A model generated the notes under the pieces. The model did no database searches, had not been told where the DNA came from, and saw only the letters and a list, made by a program, of their open reading frames with translations. Source: Thermoanaerobaculia bacterium (GTDB lineage Bacteria > Acidobacteriota > Thermoanaerobaculia > Multivoradales > UBA5704). Taken from it: 63,841 bases of DNA. Position numbers and translations under genes: made by a program. The stretch covers positions 1 through 63,841 of the forward strand of contig JBBRUC010000005.1 of NCBI GenBank assembly GCA_038248205.1, given 5' to 3'. Of the stretch, positions 1-8,427 are shown one piece after another; the first letter of the stretch is position 1, and every line of letters starts with the position of its first letter.

Positions 1-184
1 CGCCGAGCGCGTTTTTCACCTCGACGAAATCCCAGGCCAACCCGTCGGCGTCCAGGCGGTCGGTTTCGAGGATCGCTTCCACCCGCCACGAGTGGCCGTG
101 GACGGCCTCGACCGCGCCGCGATAAGAGGTCAAATGATGAGCGGCCTCGAAACGGCCTCGAACGCGCAGACGATAGCTCGGCAT
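1..184 (-). CDS. queD: 6-carboxytetrahydropterin synthase (QueD/PTPS family), first 61 codons; gene runs off the window start
   Basis: Not in the ORF track because it is truncated. Minus-strand translation from ATG 184..182 gives MPSYRLRVRGRFEAAHHLTSYRGAVEAVHGHSWRVEAILETDRLDADGLAWDFVEVKNALG. The AAH...HGH metal-ligand pattern is typical of QueD/PTPS. Confidence 0.7.
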   Translation of the reverse strand, partial: MPSYRLRVRGRFEAAHHLTSYRGAVEAVHGHSWRVEAILETDRLDADGLAWDFVEVKNALG

Positions 185-293
185 GGCGCTCATCATAGCC
201 GGGCCGAAGGATCGAAGGAGAGGGTAGAATCAGGCGATCCGTGGGAAGAGAACCCAACCCGAGGGATCTCGGTTTTGCCTGGGAGGAATTTCG

Positions 294-1871
294 TTGCGTC
301 GAGTCGGAATCTTCGGTTGGGGGATCGTCGCCCCCCGGTCGCCCAATATCCCAGCCTTCGCGGCCAACCTGGATGCCTCGGAGAGCTGGCTCACGCCGTT
401 CCATGGTTTCGGTCCGGACACCTTTCTGGTCGGCAAGCCGGAGTTCTCGTTCGAGGACTACCGGCCATGGATCATCGAGCGCTTCCCGCCGAGCCGATTC
501 CACACGCTCGAAACGAAGATGGATCTGCCGACCCAATTCGCGATCGGCGGTTTCATCCAGGCGCTCGAACAGAACCCGGGAATCGAGCAGGAGCTTTCGC
601 GCCTCGGGACCCGAACGCGGGTCTACGTCGGCACCGGACTCGGAAACCTGGCGACGATTTCGGAGGCGACCCTCTCCCTTCGCCGGGGCCAGCGCCGCTG
701 GGATCGCTTCTGGGCCGAGCGCCACCCTGAGTACGCGGCGGCGAATGCCGGCGCGTCGGCCGGCAAGTCAGCTGGCGGCCGGGTCGATCCCGAGTTTCCC
801 CCGCACCCCGATTCGGTCAGCATCGACGATCGCGACGAGGCGCAGGGCGCTTGGTGGCACCACTGGGCCGAGCGTTCGCCCGAGCTGCCGCTCTACTTGG
901 CCGAGCTGGCCGAGATCGAAGGACACGGCATTCACGGCGACGTCGAGAAGGCCAAGATGTCGGTGATGAAAGAGAAGCAGCGCGGCCACGCGAAGCTGCA
1001 GGAGAAATGGCAGTGCCCCGATCCGCCCTGGCGCTCGGTCTCGGCGAACCTGCTGTGGAACATTCAAAACACGCCCTCGTCGCAGATCTCGATCCTGGGC
1101 AAGATCACCGGCTTGGCGTTTGCCCCGGTCGCCGCTTGCTCGACGTTCGGCGTCACGCTCAAGCTCGCGATGGATGCGATCCAGAGCGGCGAGGCGGACG
1201 CGGTGGTGATCGGGGCGACCGATCCGCCGCCGCTGGCGATCACGGTCGCCGCGTTTTATGCCGGGCGGGTCATCTCGGCCGATGCGGCGGTTTCCAAACC
1301 GCTCACGACGCTGCGCGGTACCCACGTCGCGGGGGGCGCGGCGATCTGGATTCTCGGCGACTACGAGCACATGACCGCGCGAGGCTTCAAGCCGCTCGGC
1401 ATGGAGCCGCTCGCCGTGGGCGTCTCGTCCGACGCCGATCACATCATCACCCCGTCGATCGAGGGGCCGACCACGGCCATCCGCGAGGCGTTCGCCGCCT
1501 CGGGCGTCGATCCGGCAACGATCGGCTCCTGGGATCTCCATGCCACAGCGACCCCGGGCGACTGGAAAGAGGTCGAAACCTTGCGTGGCATCGTGCCCGA
1601 GCAGGTTTTGGTCACTGCCCGCAAAGGAACCTTCGGCCACGGCATGTCCGCGGGAGGCGGCTGGGAGCTGACCGCCCAATATCTTGGCTACGACCGCGGC
1701 CGGCTCTTCCCCACGCCGCTGGCGCCCGGCGAGCTGAACGAGGAGATCGGCCGGCTCCACCCGCACTATGTTTTCGAAGCTTCCTGCCCGGCGCCCAAGG
1801 GTCCGGCCGGCAAGCTTTCCATGGGCATCGGCGGCATCAACGCCTGCGTGATCTCGCGCCCTTGGGGGTAG
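294..1871 (+). CDS. beta-ketoacyl-ACP synthase, FabF/KAS II-like, with a large internal insertion
   Basis: FabF-type motifs appear in the correct order: active-site Cys in VAACSTFG, DADHIITPS (DAYHxTAP-like), LHATATPGDW (first His), and GHGMSAGGG (second His). The Cys sits at residue 282 instead of about 163. Confidence 0.8.
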   Translation: MRRVGIFGWGIVAPRSPNIPAFAANLDASESWLTPFHGFGPDTFLVGKPEFSFEDYRPWIIERFPPSRFHTLETKMDLPTQFAIGGFIQALEQNPGIEQELSRLGTRTRVYVGTGLGNLATISEATLSLRRGQRRWDRFWAERHPEYAAANAGASAGKSAGGRVDPEFPPHPDSVSIDDRDEAQGAWWHHWAERSPELPLYLAELAEIEGHGIHGDVEKAKMSVMKEKQRGHAKLQEKWQCPDPPWRSVSANLLWNIQNTPSSQISILGKITGLAFAPVAACSTFGVTLKLAMDAIQSGEADAVVIGATDPPPLAITVAAFYAGRVISADAAVSKPLTTLRGTHVAGGAAIWILGDYEHMTARGFKPLGMEPLAVGVSSDADHIITPSIEGPTTAIREAFAASGVDPATIGSWDLHATATPGDWKEVETLRGIVPEQVLVTARKGTFGHGMSAGGGWELTAQYLGYDRGRLFPTPLAPGELNEEIGRLHPHYVFEASCPAPKGPAGKLSMGIGGINACVISRPWG

Positions 1872-1884
1872 CTCCCGGGAGCCC

Positions 1885-3204
1885 CTAGGGCTTGCCGAAC
1901 CGCCAGCGGGCCGAGGCCGACCAGACGGTCGAGCGAGCGGAATAGCTGGACCGCCGGCTCGGCAGATTCGCATCCGCGGGCACCCGATTCCGGTCGTGCT
2001 CATGGAGCGAATAGCCCAGGTCGAACGAGATCTGCGGGAAGTTGTAGGTCGCGCCGACCGCGTAGACCATCGCATCGCCGCGCGGGAAGGCCGGCGTCAC
2101 CGCGCTTCCCGAGACCGGCGATTCCTCGCGGGAGATGCCGCCGAACAGGCTCACCTGATCGCTGAGATCGCCTTCGACCCCGAGCCGTAGCGACAGCGTG
2201 TCGTCCCAGTTACCGAAGCGACGCGTCTCCGCGGAGTTTATGTCCAGTCCGCCGGGACCGAAGCGAACTTTCGAGGCGCTCACGTCCGACCACTTCTGCC
2301 ACGCGGCGTCGAGTTCGACCCGCAGCTCGGGGTACGGCGCGAACCAAATTCCCGTCGAGAATTCCGCGGGCAACTCGAAGTTCTGGTTGACCGAGCCACT
2401 CGACCGGAACTGCGCCTGATCCAACGGAGGAAGCTGGAAGTCCCGAATGCGAAACCGCGAATCGCCGGAGCCCTCCAACTCGACGGCGCTTCGGACCACC
2501 CCGCCCCAGCCCCAACGTTCGGTGGCGTAATGCAGCGCCAGGTCCCAACCGAGGCCATCGACGTCGGACTTCGCCTCGCGTTCTTCCTCCACGGCTTCCC
2601 GATGGAGCGGGCCCGTGATCACGAGGAACGTCCTGCTGTCGTCTTGTTCGAGCGAGCCCTTGAGGTACCGGATGCCGCCCCCGACGCTCCAGCCCTCGCT
2701 CAGGCGAAACGCCACGACCGGATGCAGCTCGAAGACGGTCAGTTCAAACTTCTTCTGGCTAAACCGCTCGGGAAAAAGCGCCGGCTTCCAATCGAGGGTG
2801 GTCCAAAACGGCGCGTCGAGCCCGAGGCCCACGGCCCAGCGGGAATCCTTCGAAGGGCGCCAGGTGGCATAGGCCGCGGGCGGAAATTGAATGACATGCC
2901 CGGCATCGTAGTTTCCGGAGACTTCGTCTCGGAACGAGTCGGTGTCGTTCTCAAAGTCCAGACCGCCCTGGAATTGAAATCCGTCCAGGCGCGTGATCGC
3001 GGCGGGATTGAACGTTACGGCCGAAGGATCGGAGGCGCGGGCGGTGAACGCTCCGGCCTGGCCGGTGGTCCGGCCCCCATGCTGAAACAATCCGAAGCCG
3101 GCGGCGGCCGCGGGCTCGGTAGAGAGAAGAAGCAGGGCGGCGATCGCGCAGCCGAAGCCTATGAGGTACGACCGAGAGCGAGGACGGGACAGGATGAGGA
3201 TCAT
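1885..3204 (-). CDS. outer-membrane transport protein, OMPP1/FadL/TodX family
   Basis: A signal peptide is followed by AAGFGLFQHGGRTTGQAGAFTARASDPSAVTFNPAAITRL, the N-terminal hatch signature of the FadL family. The rest has a beta-barrel-like alternating pattern. Confidence 0.75.
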   Translation of the reverse strand: MILILSRPRSRSYLIGFGCAIAALLLLSTEPAAAAGFGLFQHGGRTTGQAGAFTARASDPSAVTFNPAAITRLDGFQFQGGLDFENDTDSFRDEVSGNYDAGHVIQFPPAAYATWRPSKDSRWAVGLGLDAPFWTTLDWKPALFPERFSQKKFELTVFELHPVVAFRLSEGWSVGGGIRYLKGSLEQDDSRTFLVITGPLHREAVEEEREAKSDVDGLGWDLALHYATERWGWGGVVRSAVELEGSGDSRFRIRDFQLPPLDQAQFRSSGSVNQNFELPAEFSTGIWFAPYPELRVELDAAWQKWSDVSASKVRFGPGGLDINSAETRRFGNWDDTLSLRLGVEGDLSDQVSLFGGISREESPVSGSAVTPAFPRGDAMVYAVGATYNFPQISFDLGYSLHEHDRNRVPADANLPSRRSSYSARSTVWSASARWRFGKP

Positions 3205-3244
3205 GCGAATCTCCTAGGGAGCAGGCTTTCGGGGTATGGAAGGC

Positions 3245-3703
3245 TCATTCGACGGCAAGAATTTCCGGCACGATTCGCCCCTCGTCAAGGGTCAGGATCG
3301 CCAGGGTAAGCGGCAGGCGAAAACGCCGCCCGCCGCAGGCACCGGGATTGATCCAAAGCGCCTCGCCCCGCCATTCCAGCTCCGGGCGGTGCGAATGACC
3401 GAAACCGATTACCCGCATCGAGCGCTGCCACCGGTCCGGGATGTCCTCCCGCCGATGGACCAGACCGAGCGAGATACCGTCGATCTCGACGGTCGCCGTA
3501 TCCGGCAGCGCTGCAAGCTCGCCGCCATCCGTATTGCCCCGGACCGCCGCGACCGATACTCCCGGCGTAATCTCGGCCAGCCGAGCGAGGATCTCCGGCG
3601 AGCCGACGTCCCCCGCATGAAGAATCCGGTCGCACCCGGCAAGCAGCTCAAGCACCCGGGGGCGCAGCAAGCCGTGAGTGTCGGAAAGCAGACCGATGCG
3701 CAT
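3245..3703 (-). CDS. YfcE/MJ0936-family metallophosphoesterase
   Basis: The internal start MRIGLLSDTHG (ATG at 3703) is followed by ILHAGDVG, VRGNTD and GHSH, the calcineurin-like phosphoesterase motifs. The 50 upstream codons of the ORF look spurious. Confidence 0.8.
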   Translation of the reverse strand: MRIGLLSDTHGLLRPRVLELLAGCDRILHAGDVGSPEILARLAEITPGVSVAAVRGNTDGGELAALPDTATVEIDGISLGLVHRREDIPDRWQRSMRVIGFGHSHRPELEWRGEALWINPGACGGRRFRLPLTLAILTLDEGRIVPEILAVE

Positions 3704-3815
3704 CGGGGTGGATTGTAGCGTTGTCGCGGCAGACGAGAGAATCGAACTCCCGGTCGTTTCGGGATCGGTCGGGCCATTTCGCGGCCCGAGACTGCATGCT
3801 AACCTCCCTGCCGCC

Positions 3816-4913
3816 ATGTCTGCCCTCGACAAAATCCGAATCGCCGGCTTCAAGTCGATCCGTGATCAGACTCTAGAATTGCGCCCGCTGAACGTCCTGA
3901 TCGGGGCCAATGGAGCGGGGAAGTCGAATTTCATCGGAGCCTTCCGGCTCCTGAACCAGATTGTCGCCTCAAACCTTCAGCTCTACACAGGCAAAGCGGG
4001 AGGCGCAGAAAGCCTCCTCCATTTTGGCCGGAAGGTTACGGAAGCGATCGAGCTTGAATTAACGTTCAACCCCAACTCGTATCAATGTCGACTCGATGTA
4101 ACTGACGACGACTCCCTCCTCTTTGGCGAGGAACGAATCTCCTATCGAGGCTCAGGGTACGACAACCCCTATGTCGTCCCGCTGGGAGCCGGACACAAAG
4201 AGACCGCTCTCTTTCACGAAGCCGCAAAGAGCAAGACCAAGTCCATCGCCGAGCACGTGCTCGATGCCACGAGAAGTTGGCAGGTGTATCACTTTCACGA
4301 CACGAGTTCTTCAGCGAAGGTCAAGCTGACCGGCAATCTCAACGAGAATGACCACCTGAAGCCTGATGCCGCCAACCTCGCAGCCTTCCTCTTCAGACTT
4401 CAAGAGACTCGCGAGGCGGAGTTTCGCAATGTCGTCGAGACCATACGGCTCGCAGCTCCGTTCTTCGGAAGATTCAGGCTTCAGCCTTCTCATCTAAACC
4501 CACTGAAAATCCGGCTCGAATGGTTCGAGAAAGATTCTGACTCTCTTTTTGACGCAAGCGCACTCTCGGATGGAACGCTTCGTTTCATCTGCTTGGCCAC
4601 CCTACTCCTCCAACCCAAGCTCCCGTCCACGATCCTGATTGACGAACCTGAATTGGGGCTTCACCCCTATGCGATCAATCTCCTGGCCTCGCTTCTCCGA
4701 TCCGCCGCGAAGCGCACTCAAGTGATCGTCTCAACGCAATCCGTCACGCTGGTAAACCAGCTGAGCCCGGAAGACATCGTCGTCGTAGACCGTTCAGGCG
4801 GCGAGTCGATCTTTCGGAGGTTGGGCCAGGAAACGATCGCCTCCTGGCTCGACGACTATTCCTTGGGAGAGCTTTGGGAGAAGAATGTGCTCGGGGGGAG
4901 ACCTCACGCTTGA
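3816..4913 (+). CDS. ABC-type (AAA15/AAA21, RecF/SMC-like) ATPase
   Basis: Start MSALDKIRIAGFKSIRDQ (ATG 3816). Walker A is GANGAGKSN, the ABC signature is LSDGTLRF, and Walker B is ILIDEPELGLHP. G+C is lower than in the flanks. Confidence 0.8.
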   Translation: MSALDKIRIAGFKSIRDQTLELRPLNVLIGANGAGKSNFIGAFRLLNQIVASNLQLYTGKAGGAESLLHFGRKVTEAIELELTFNPNSYQCRLDVTDDDSLLFGEERISYRGSGYDNPYVVPLGAGHKETALFHEAAKSKTKSIAEHVLDATRSWQVYHFHDTSSSAKVKLTGNLNENDHLKPDAANLAAFLFRLQETREAEFRNVVETIRLAAPFFGRFRLQPSHLNPLKIRLEWFEKDSDSLFDASALSDGTLRFICLATLLLQPKLPSTILIDEPELGLHPYAINLLASLLRSAAKRTQVIVSTQSVTLVNQLSPEDIVVVDRSGGESIFRRLGQETIASWLDDYSLGELWEKNVLGGRPHA

Positions 4914-5563
4914 AAAGAATCTACGTCCTGGCGGAGGGCCAGACAGAGGAAACCTTTCTTCGCGATGTGCTTGGACCTCACCTTTTGCCTTTTGAAATCT
5001 CCCTGAACCCCGTTATCGTTTCGACCAAGCGCATGAAGTCGGGGCTCAAGTTCAAAGGTGGTATCTCCCATTTCAAGCAGATTCAAAACGATCTTCGACT
5101 GCTGCTTCGGGATTCCAGCGTAGCCGCTGTGTCCACCATGCTCGACTACTACGGACTACCATTGGACTTCCCGGGCCGATCGGCCGTAAAGGGCTCGTGC
5201 TTCGAGCGCGTAGCTATCCTTGAGGCTGCCCTTTCCGACTCGATCGATGATTCGCGCCTGATTCCCTATCTGTCACTCCATGAGTTCGAGGCACTCCTCT
5301 TTGCCGGTGTTGAAGAGTTCGCGTCCGTTTTCCCTCGAATCAAGATTCCAAACGATCTGCGGGACTCCTCAAGGTCGCCGGAAGAGATCAACGACGGCTC
5401 GACGACCCATCCCGCCGCGCGAATTTTGTCCCACTACCCCACTTACCAGAAGCCATTCCATGGTCCTCTCATCCTTGGCAGAATCGGCCTACCGGCGATC
5501 CGCGCCCGCTGTCGTCATTTCGACTCCTGGGTGAGCCGCCTCGAAGCTCTCGGCAATCTATGA
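4910..5563 (+). CDS. DUF4276-like (putative Toprim-like) partner of the ATPase
   Basis: A likely TTG start at 4910 overlaps the ATPase stop (TTGA). RIYVLAEGQTEETF and HEFEALLFA resemble my recollection of the DUF4276 family. The AAA ATPase + DUF4276 pairing is a recurrent two-gene module. Confidence 0.6.
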   Translation: MKRIYVLAEGQTEETFLRDVLGPHLLPFEISLNPVIVSTKRMKSGLKFKGGISHFKQIQNDLRLLLRDSSVAAVSTMLDYYGLPLDFPGRSAVKGSCFERVAILEAALSDSIDDSRLIPYLSLHEFEALLFAGVEEFASVFPRIKIPNDLRDSSRSPEEINDGSTTHPAARILSHYPTYQKPFHGPLILGRIGLPAIRARCRHFDSWVSRLEALGNL

Positions 5564-6066
5564 ATCAGACGGTTGTCCTCCCCGCCCTCCACGTCGTGCT
5601 GGTTCATCCGGAGATCCACTGGAACACCGGCGCGGTCGGTCGGACGTGTTTGGCGACCGGGGCACGGCTGCATCTGATTCGGCCGCTCGGCTTCTCGCTC
5701 GATGCCAAAGAAGTGCGGCGGGCCGGGCTCGACTATTGGCCCCGGGTCGATCCTCGGGTGTGGGAAAGCTGGCCGGAGTTTTCGGCCGAGATGCCGGATC
5801 ACGGCGAGGCGTTCTTCTTTTCGGCGGAGGCCAAGCGGACGCTCTGGGAGATCGATTTTCCGGATCGTACCGTGCTGGTCTTCGGCCGCGAGAGCGTCGG
5901 GCTGTCGCCCGAGATCCGCGAACGGTACCGCGAGCGGTTGGTGCGGATTCCCATGGCCGATCCGGAGCTGCGCTCGCTGAACCTGTCGAATTCGGTCGCG
6001 ATCTCGTCGTACGAGGCGCTCCGTCAGCGGGCGGTCAGGGCTTCGGCACGTCCCGCTGCACTTTGA
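5560..6066 (+). CDS. trmL: tRNA (cytidine/uridine-2'-O)-methyltransferase TrmL (SpoU/TrmH family)
   Basis: HVVLVHPEIHWNTGAVGRTCLATGARLHLIRPLGFSLDAKEVRRAGLDYW and the C-terminal LNLSNSVAI match the TrmL pattern. The ATG overlaps the upstream stop (ATGA 5560-5563). Confidence 0.8.
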   Translation: MNQTVVLPALHVVLVHPEIHWNTGAVGRTCLATGARLHLIRPLGFSLDAKEVRRAGLDYWPRVDPRVWESWPEFSAEMPDHGEAFFFSAEAKRTLWEIDFPDRTVLVFGRESVGLSPEIRERYRERLVRIPMADPELRSLNLSNSVAISSYEALRQRAVRASARPAAL

Positions 6067-6844
6067 CCCGGGTATAGGCGACGCGGAATCCCGCCCGCTC
6101 GAAGTTGCGTTGCGAGCCGCTGCCGGGCAGCGTCATCGCGGCCGCGAGGTCCGCACCGCGGGTTCGGGCATAGGCCAGCCCTTCGCCAATCAGCGCGGCT
6201 TGAACCCCGCGACCCCGAAAGGCCGGAAGTGTGCTCTGCCCCGCGAACAGCACCACGCCCTCCGCTTGCTGCACCGAGCCGCCGCCGACCGAGGCTCCGT
6301 CTTGTCGGACAAGCCAGGCCGAAGTGGACTCCGCGACGGCCATGCCGGCCATGACCTCGACCAGGTCGGCCGGCGCCGTCTCCCCTTCGAAGAAGCCCCT
6401 CGCCACGATCTCCGACCAGTGCATCGACTCCTCCGGCGTCGCCCTGGCGACTTCGAGTCCGGCCGGAGGAGCGCTCGGCACGAAATTCTCGATCGAGCGG
6501 AAGAGCACCTGGGACAGCTCGGTCATCCGATAACCGCGCTCGGCGAGTAGCGGCAGCAGCGAGGGGTCGGAAAACGGGCAGATCTCATAGATCGCGGGCT
6601 CGCCCCGATCGAAGAAAAAGCTTTCCAGGGCTTCGAACACCGCCGCCTCGACGGGTCCGTCGAGGCCGACCCCGAGCGCCTGGTTGACCGGCGAGCCCGC
6701 TCCGGAATAGAGCGCCCAGCCACCGCAGTGCGGCTCCGCGGCGGCGCCGCCGGCCGGATTCGCCGCGCGAGCCGCCAGGGCGAAAGCCCGGCCCGCGAGC
6801 GCTTCGGCCCACTCGATCCGACGGGCGAGAGTGAAATCGATCAT
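6035..6844 (-). CDS. GNAT family N-acetyltransferase
   Basis: The C-terminal half carries an acetyl-CoA binding motif (PAFRGRGVQAALIGEGLAYARTRGADL ... QRNFERAGFRVAY). The start overlaps the hyuB stop (ATGA 6841-6844). Confidence 0.6.
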   Translation of the reverse strand: MIDFTLARRIEWAEALAGRAFALAARAANPAGGAAAEPHCGGWALYSGAGSPVNQALGVGLDGPVEAAVFEALESFFFDRGEPAIYEICPFSDPSLLPLLAERGYRMTELSQVLFRSIENFVPSAPPAGLEVARATPEESMHWSEIVARGFFEGETAPADLVEVMAGMAVAESTSAWLVRQDGASVGGGSVQQAEGVVLFAGQSTLPAFRGRGVQAALIGEGLAYARTRGADLAAAMTLPGSGSQRNFERAGFRVAYTRVKVQRDVPKP

Positions 6845-8427
6845 GCGGCCTCCTCACCTTCTGTCGTCGAGCCAAAACCGCCGCCGCCCGGGGTTTCGAG
6901 GATCAACCGATCGCCGGGTCCCACCTCGCGCGCGGCGGAAGAGGGCAGCAGCTCGCGCTCACCGTTGGTCCGGAGGAGCGTTTGGCGGCCGCGTTCGCCC
7001 GGTTGCCCTCCGTTCAGACCGTACGGCGCCTCGACCCGGTGCTGGGTGAGCAGAGAGAGCGACATGGGCGCCAGAAACTCGATCTCGCGGATCGCGCCGT
7101 CACCGCCGCGGAAACGCCCGGCGCCGCCGGAGCCGCGGCGGATCGCGAAGCGGTGCAGGCGCACCGGATAGCGATGTTCGAGGATCTCCGGGTCGGTGAT
7201 CCGCGTGTTGGTCATATGGGTGTGGACCGCGCTCGCGCCGGGATGGTCGAAAGTGGCTCCCGCGCCGCCGCAGACCGTCTCGTAGTAGCCGAAGCTCGGA
7301 TTGCCGAACAGGGTGTTGTTCATCGTCCCTTGGCCCCCCGCCACGAGACCCAGGGCGTGCAGCAGCGCATCGACCAGGCGCTGGCTGGTTTCGACGTTGC
7401 CCCCGACCACGGCGGGCGATTCGGCCGGGTCGGCAGGAAACGGCGGATCGAGCAGGCAGCCGGGCGGCATGCGGATCTCGATCGGCCGCAGGAGCCCTTC
7501 ATTCAAGGGCATCGGCTCGGCCACCAAGAGGCGCAGAACGTACAGGATCGCGCTCCGCACCACGGCGGGCGGCGCGTTCAGGTTGCCCGGGTGGACTTGC
7601 CCCGTGCCGGCGAAATCGATCGTCGCCCGGCCAACCCCATCCTCACTCGCTACCTCGATGTGCACCGCGATCGGCGAACCGTCGTCGAGGCGCTCGACGG
7701 CGCGGTAGCTGCCCGAGGCGAGGCGGCCGAGCGCGGAGCGCATGCGCCCCTCGGCCCGGTCCGCGAGCGCCGCCATGTAGTGATGGAGCGCCGCCCGGCC
7801 ATGGCGTAGGCCCAGGGCGCGGAGCGCTTCGCCGCCGCATCGATTCGCCGCGAGCGCCGCTTCGAGGTCGGCCAGATTCTCGCGCACGGCGCGGGTCGGG
7901 AACGGCCCCGAGGTGAGCAGCCGTTCGATCTCCTCCCAACGGGGCACTCCCCCTTGCACCAGATAGGTCGGCGGGATGACCACGCCCTCTTCGATCAGGC
8001 GCGTGGCGTCCGGCGGCATGGAGCCCGGCCGGGTGCCGCCGATCTCCGCGTGATGCGCCCGATTGGCGACGTAGCCGAGGATCTCTCCCGCATCGTCGAA
8101 CACGCCGGAGACGAGCGTCACGTCCGGCAGGTGCGAACCGCCATAGGCCGGATGGTTGGTGACCACCGCGTCGCCCGGCCCGACCGAAAGGGTCTGGACG
8201 AGGCGGCGGACACAGAGCCCCAAGGCACCGAGGTGAACCGGGATGTGCGGGGCGTTGGCGACCAGAACCCCGTCCGGATCGAGCAGCGCGCAGGAGAAAT
8301 CCAACCGCTCCTTGACGTTGGTCGAAACCGCGGTGCGCCGGAGCTGCTCTCCCATGTCGCGCGCGACCGCCGCGAACCGTTGGGTGAACAGCTCCAGCTC
8401 GACCGCCTCGGGCCGAGACCGCACCAT
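6841..8427 (-). CDS. hydantoinase B / 5-oxoprolinase B-type subunit
   Basis: ELELFTQRFAAVARDMGEQLRRTAVSTNVKERLDFSCALLDPDG is the canonical Hydantoinase_B N-terminus. The 528-aa length fits. Confidence 0.85.
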   Translation of the reverse strand: MVRSRPEAVELELFTQRFAAVARDMGEQLRRTAVSTNVKERLDFSCALLDPDGVLVANAPHIPVHLGALGLCVRRLVQTLSVGPGDAVVTNHPAYGGSHLPDVTLVSGVFDDAGEILGYVANRAHHAEIGGTRPGSMPPDATRLIEEGVVIPPTYLVQGGVPRWEEIERLLTSGPFPTRAVRENLADLEAALAANRCGGEALRALGLRHGRAALHHYMAALADRAEGRMRSALGRLASGSYRAVERLDDGSPIAVHIEVASEDGVGRATIDFAGTGQVHPGNLNAPPAVVRSAILYVLRLLVAEPMPLNEGLLRPIEIRMPPGCLLDPPFPADPAESPAVVGGNVETSQRLVDALLHALGLVAGGQGTMNNTLFGNPSFGYYETVCGGAGATFDHPGASAVHTHMTNTRITDPEILEHRYPVRLHRFAIRRGSGGAGRFRGGDGAIREIEFLAPMSLSLLTQHRVEAPYGLNGGQPGERGRQTLLRTNGERELLPSSAAREVGPGDRLILETPGGGGFGSTTEGEEAA

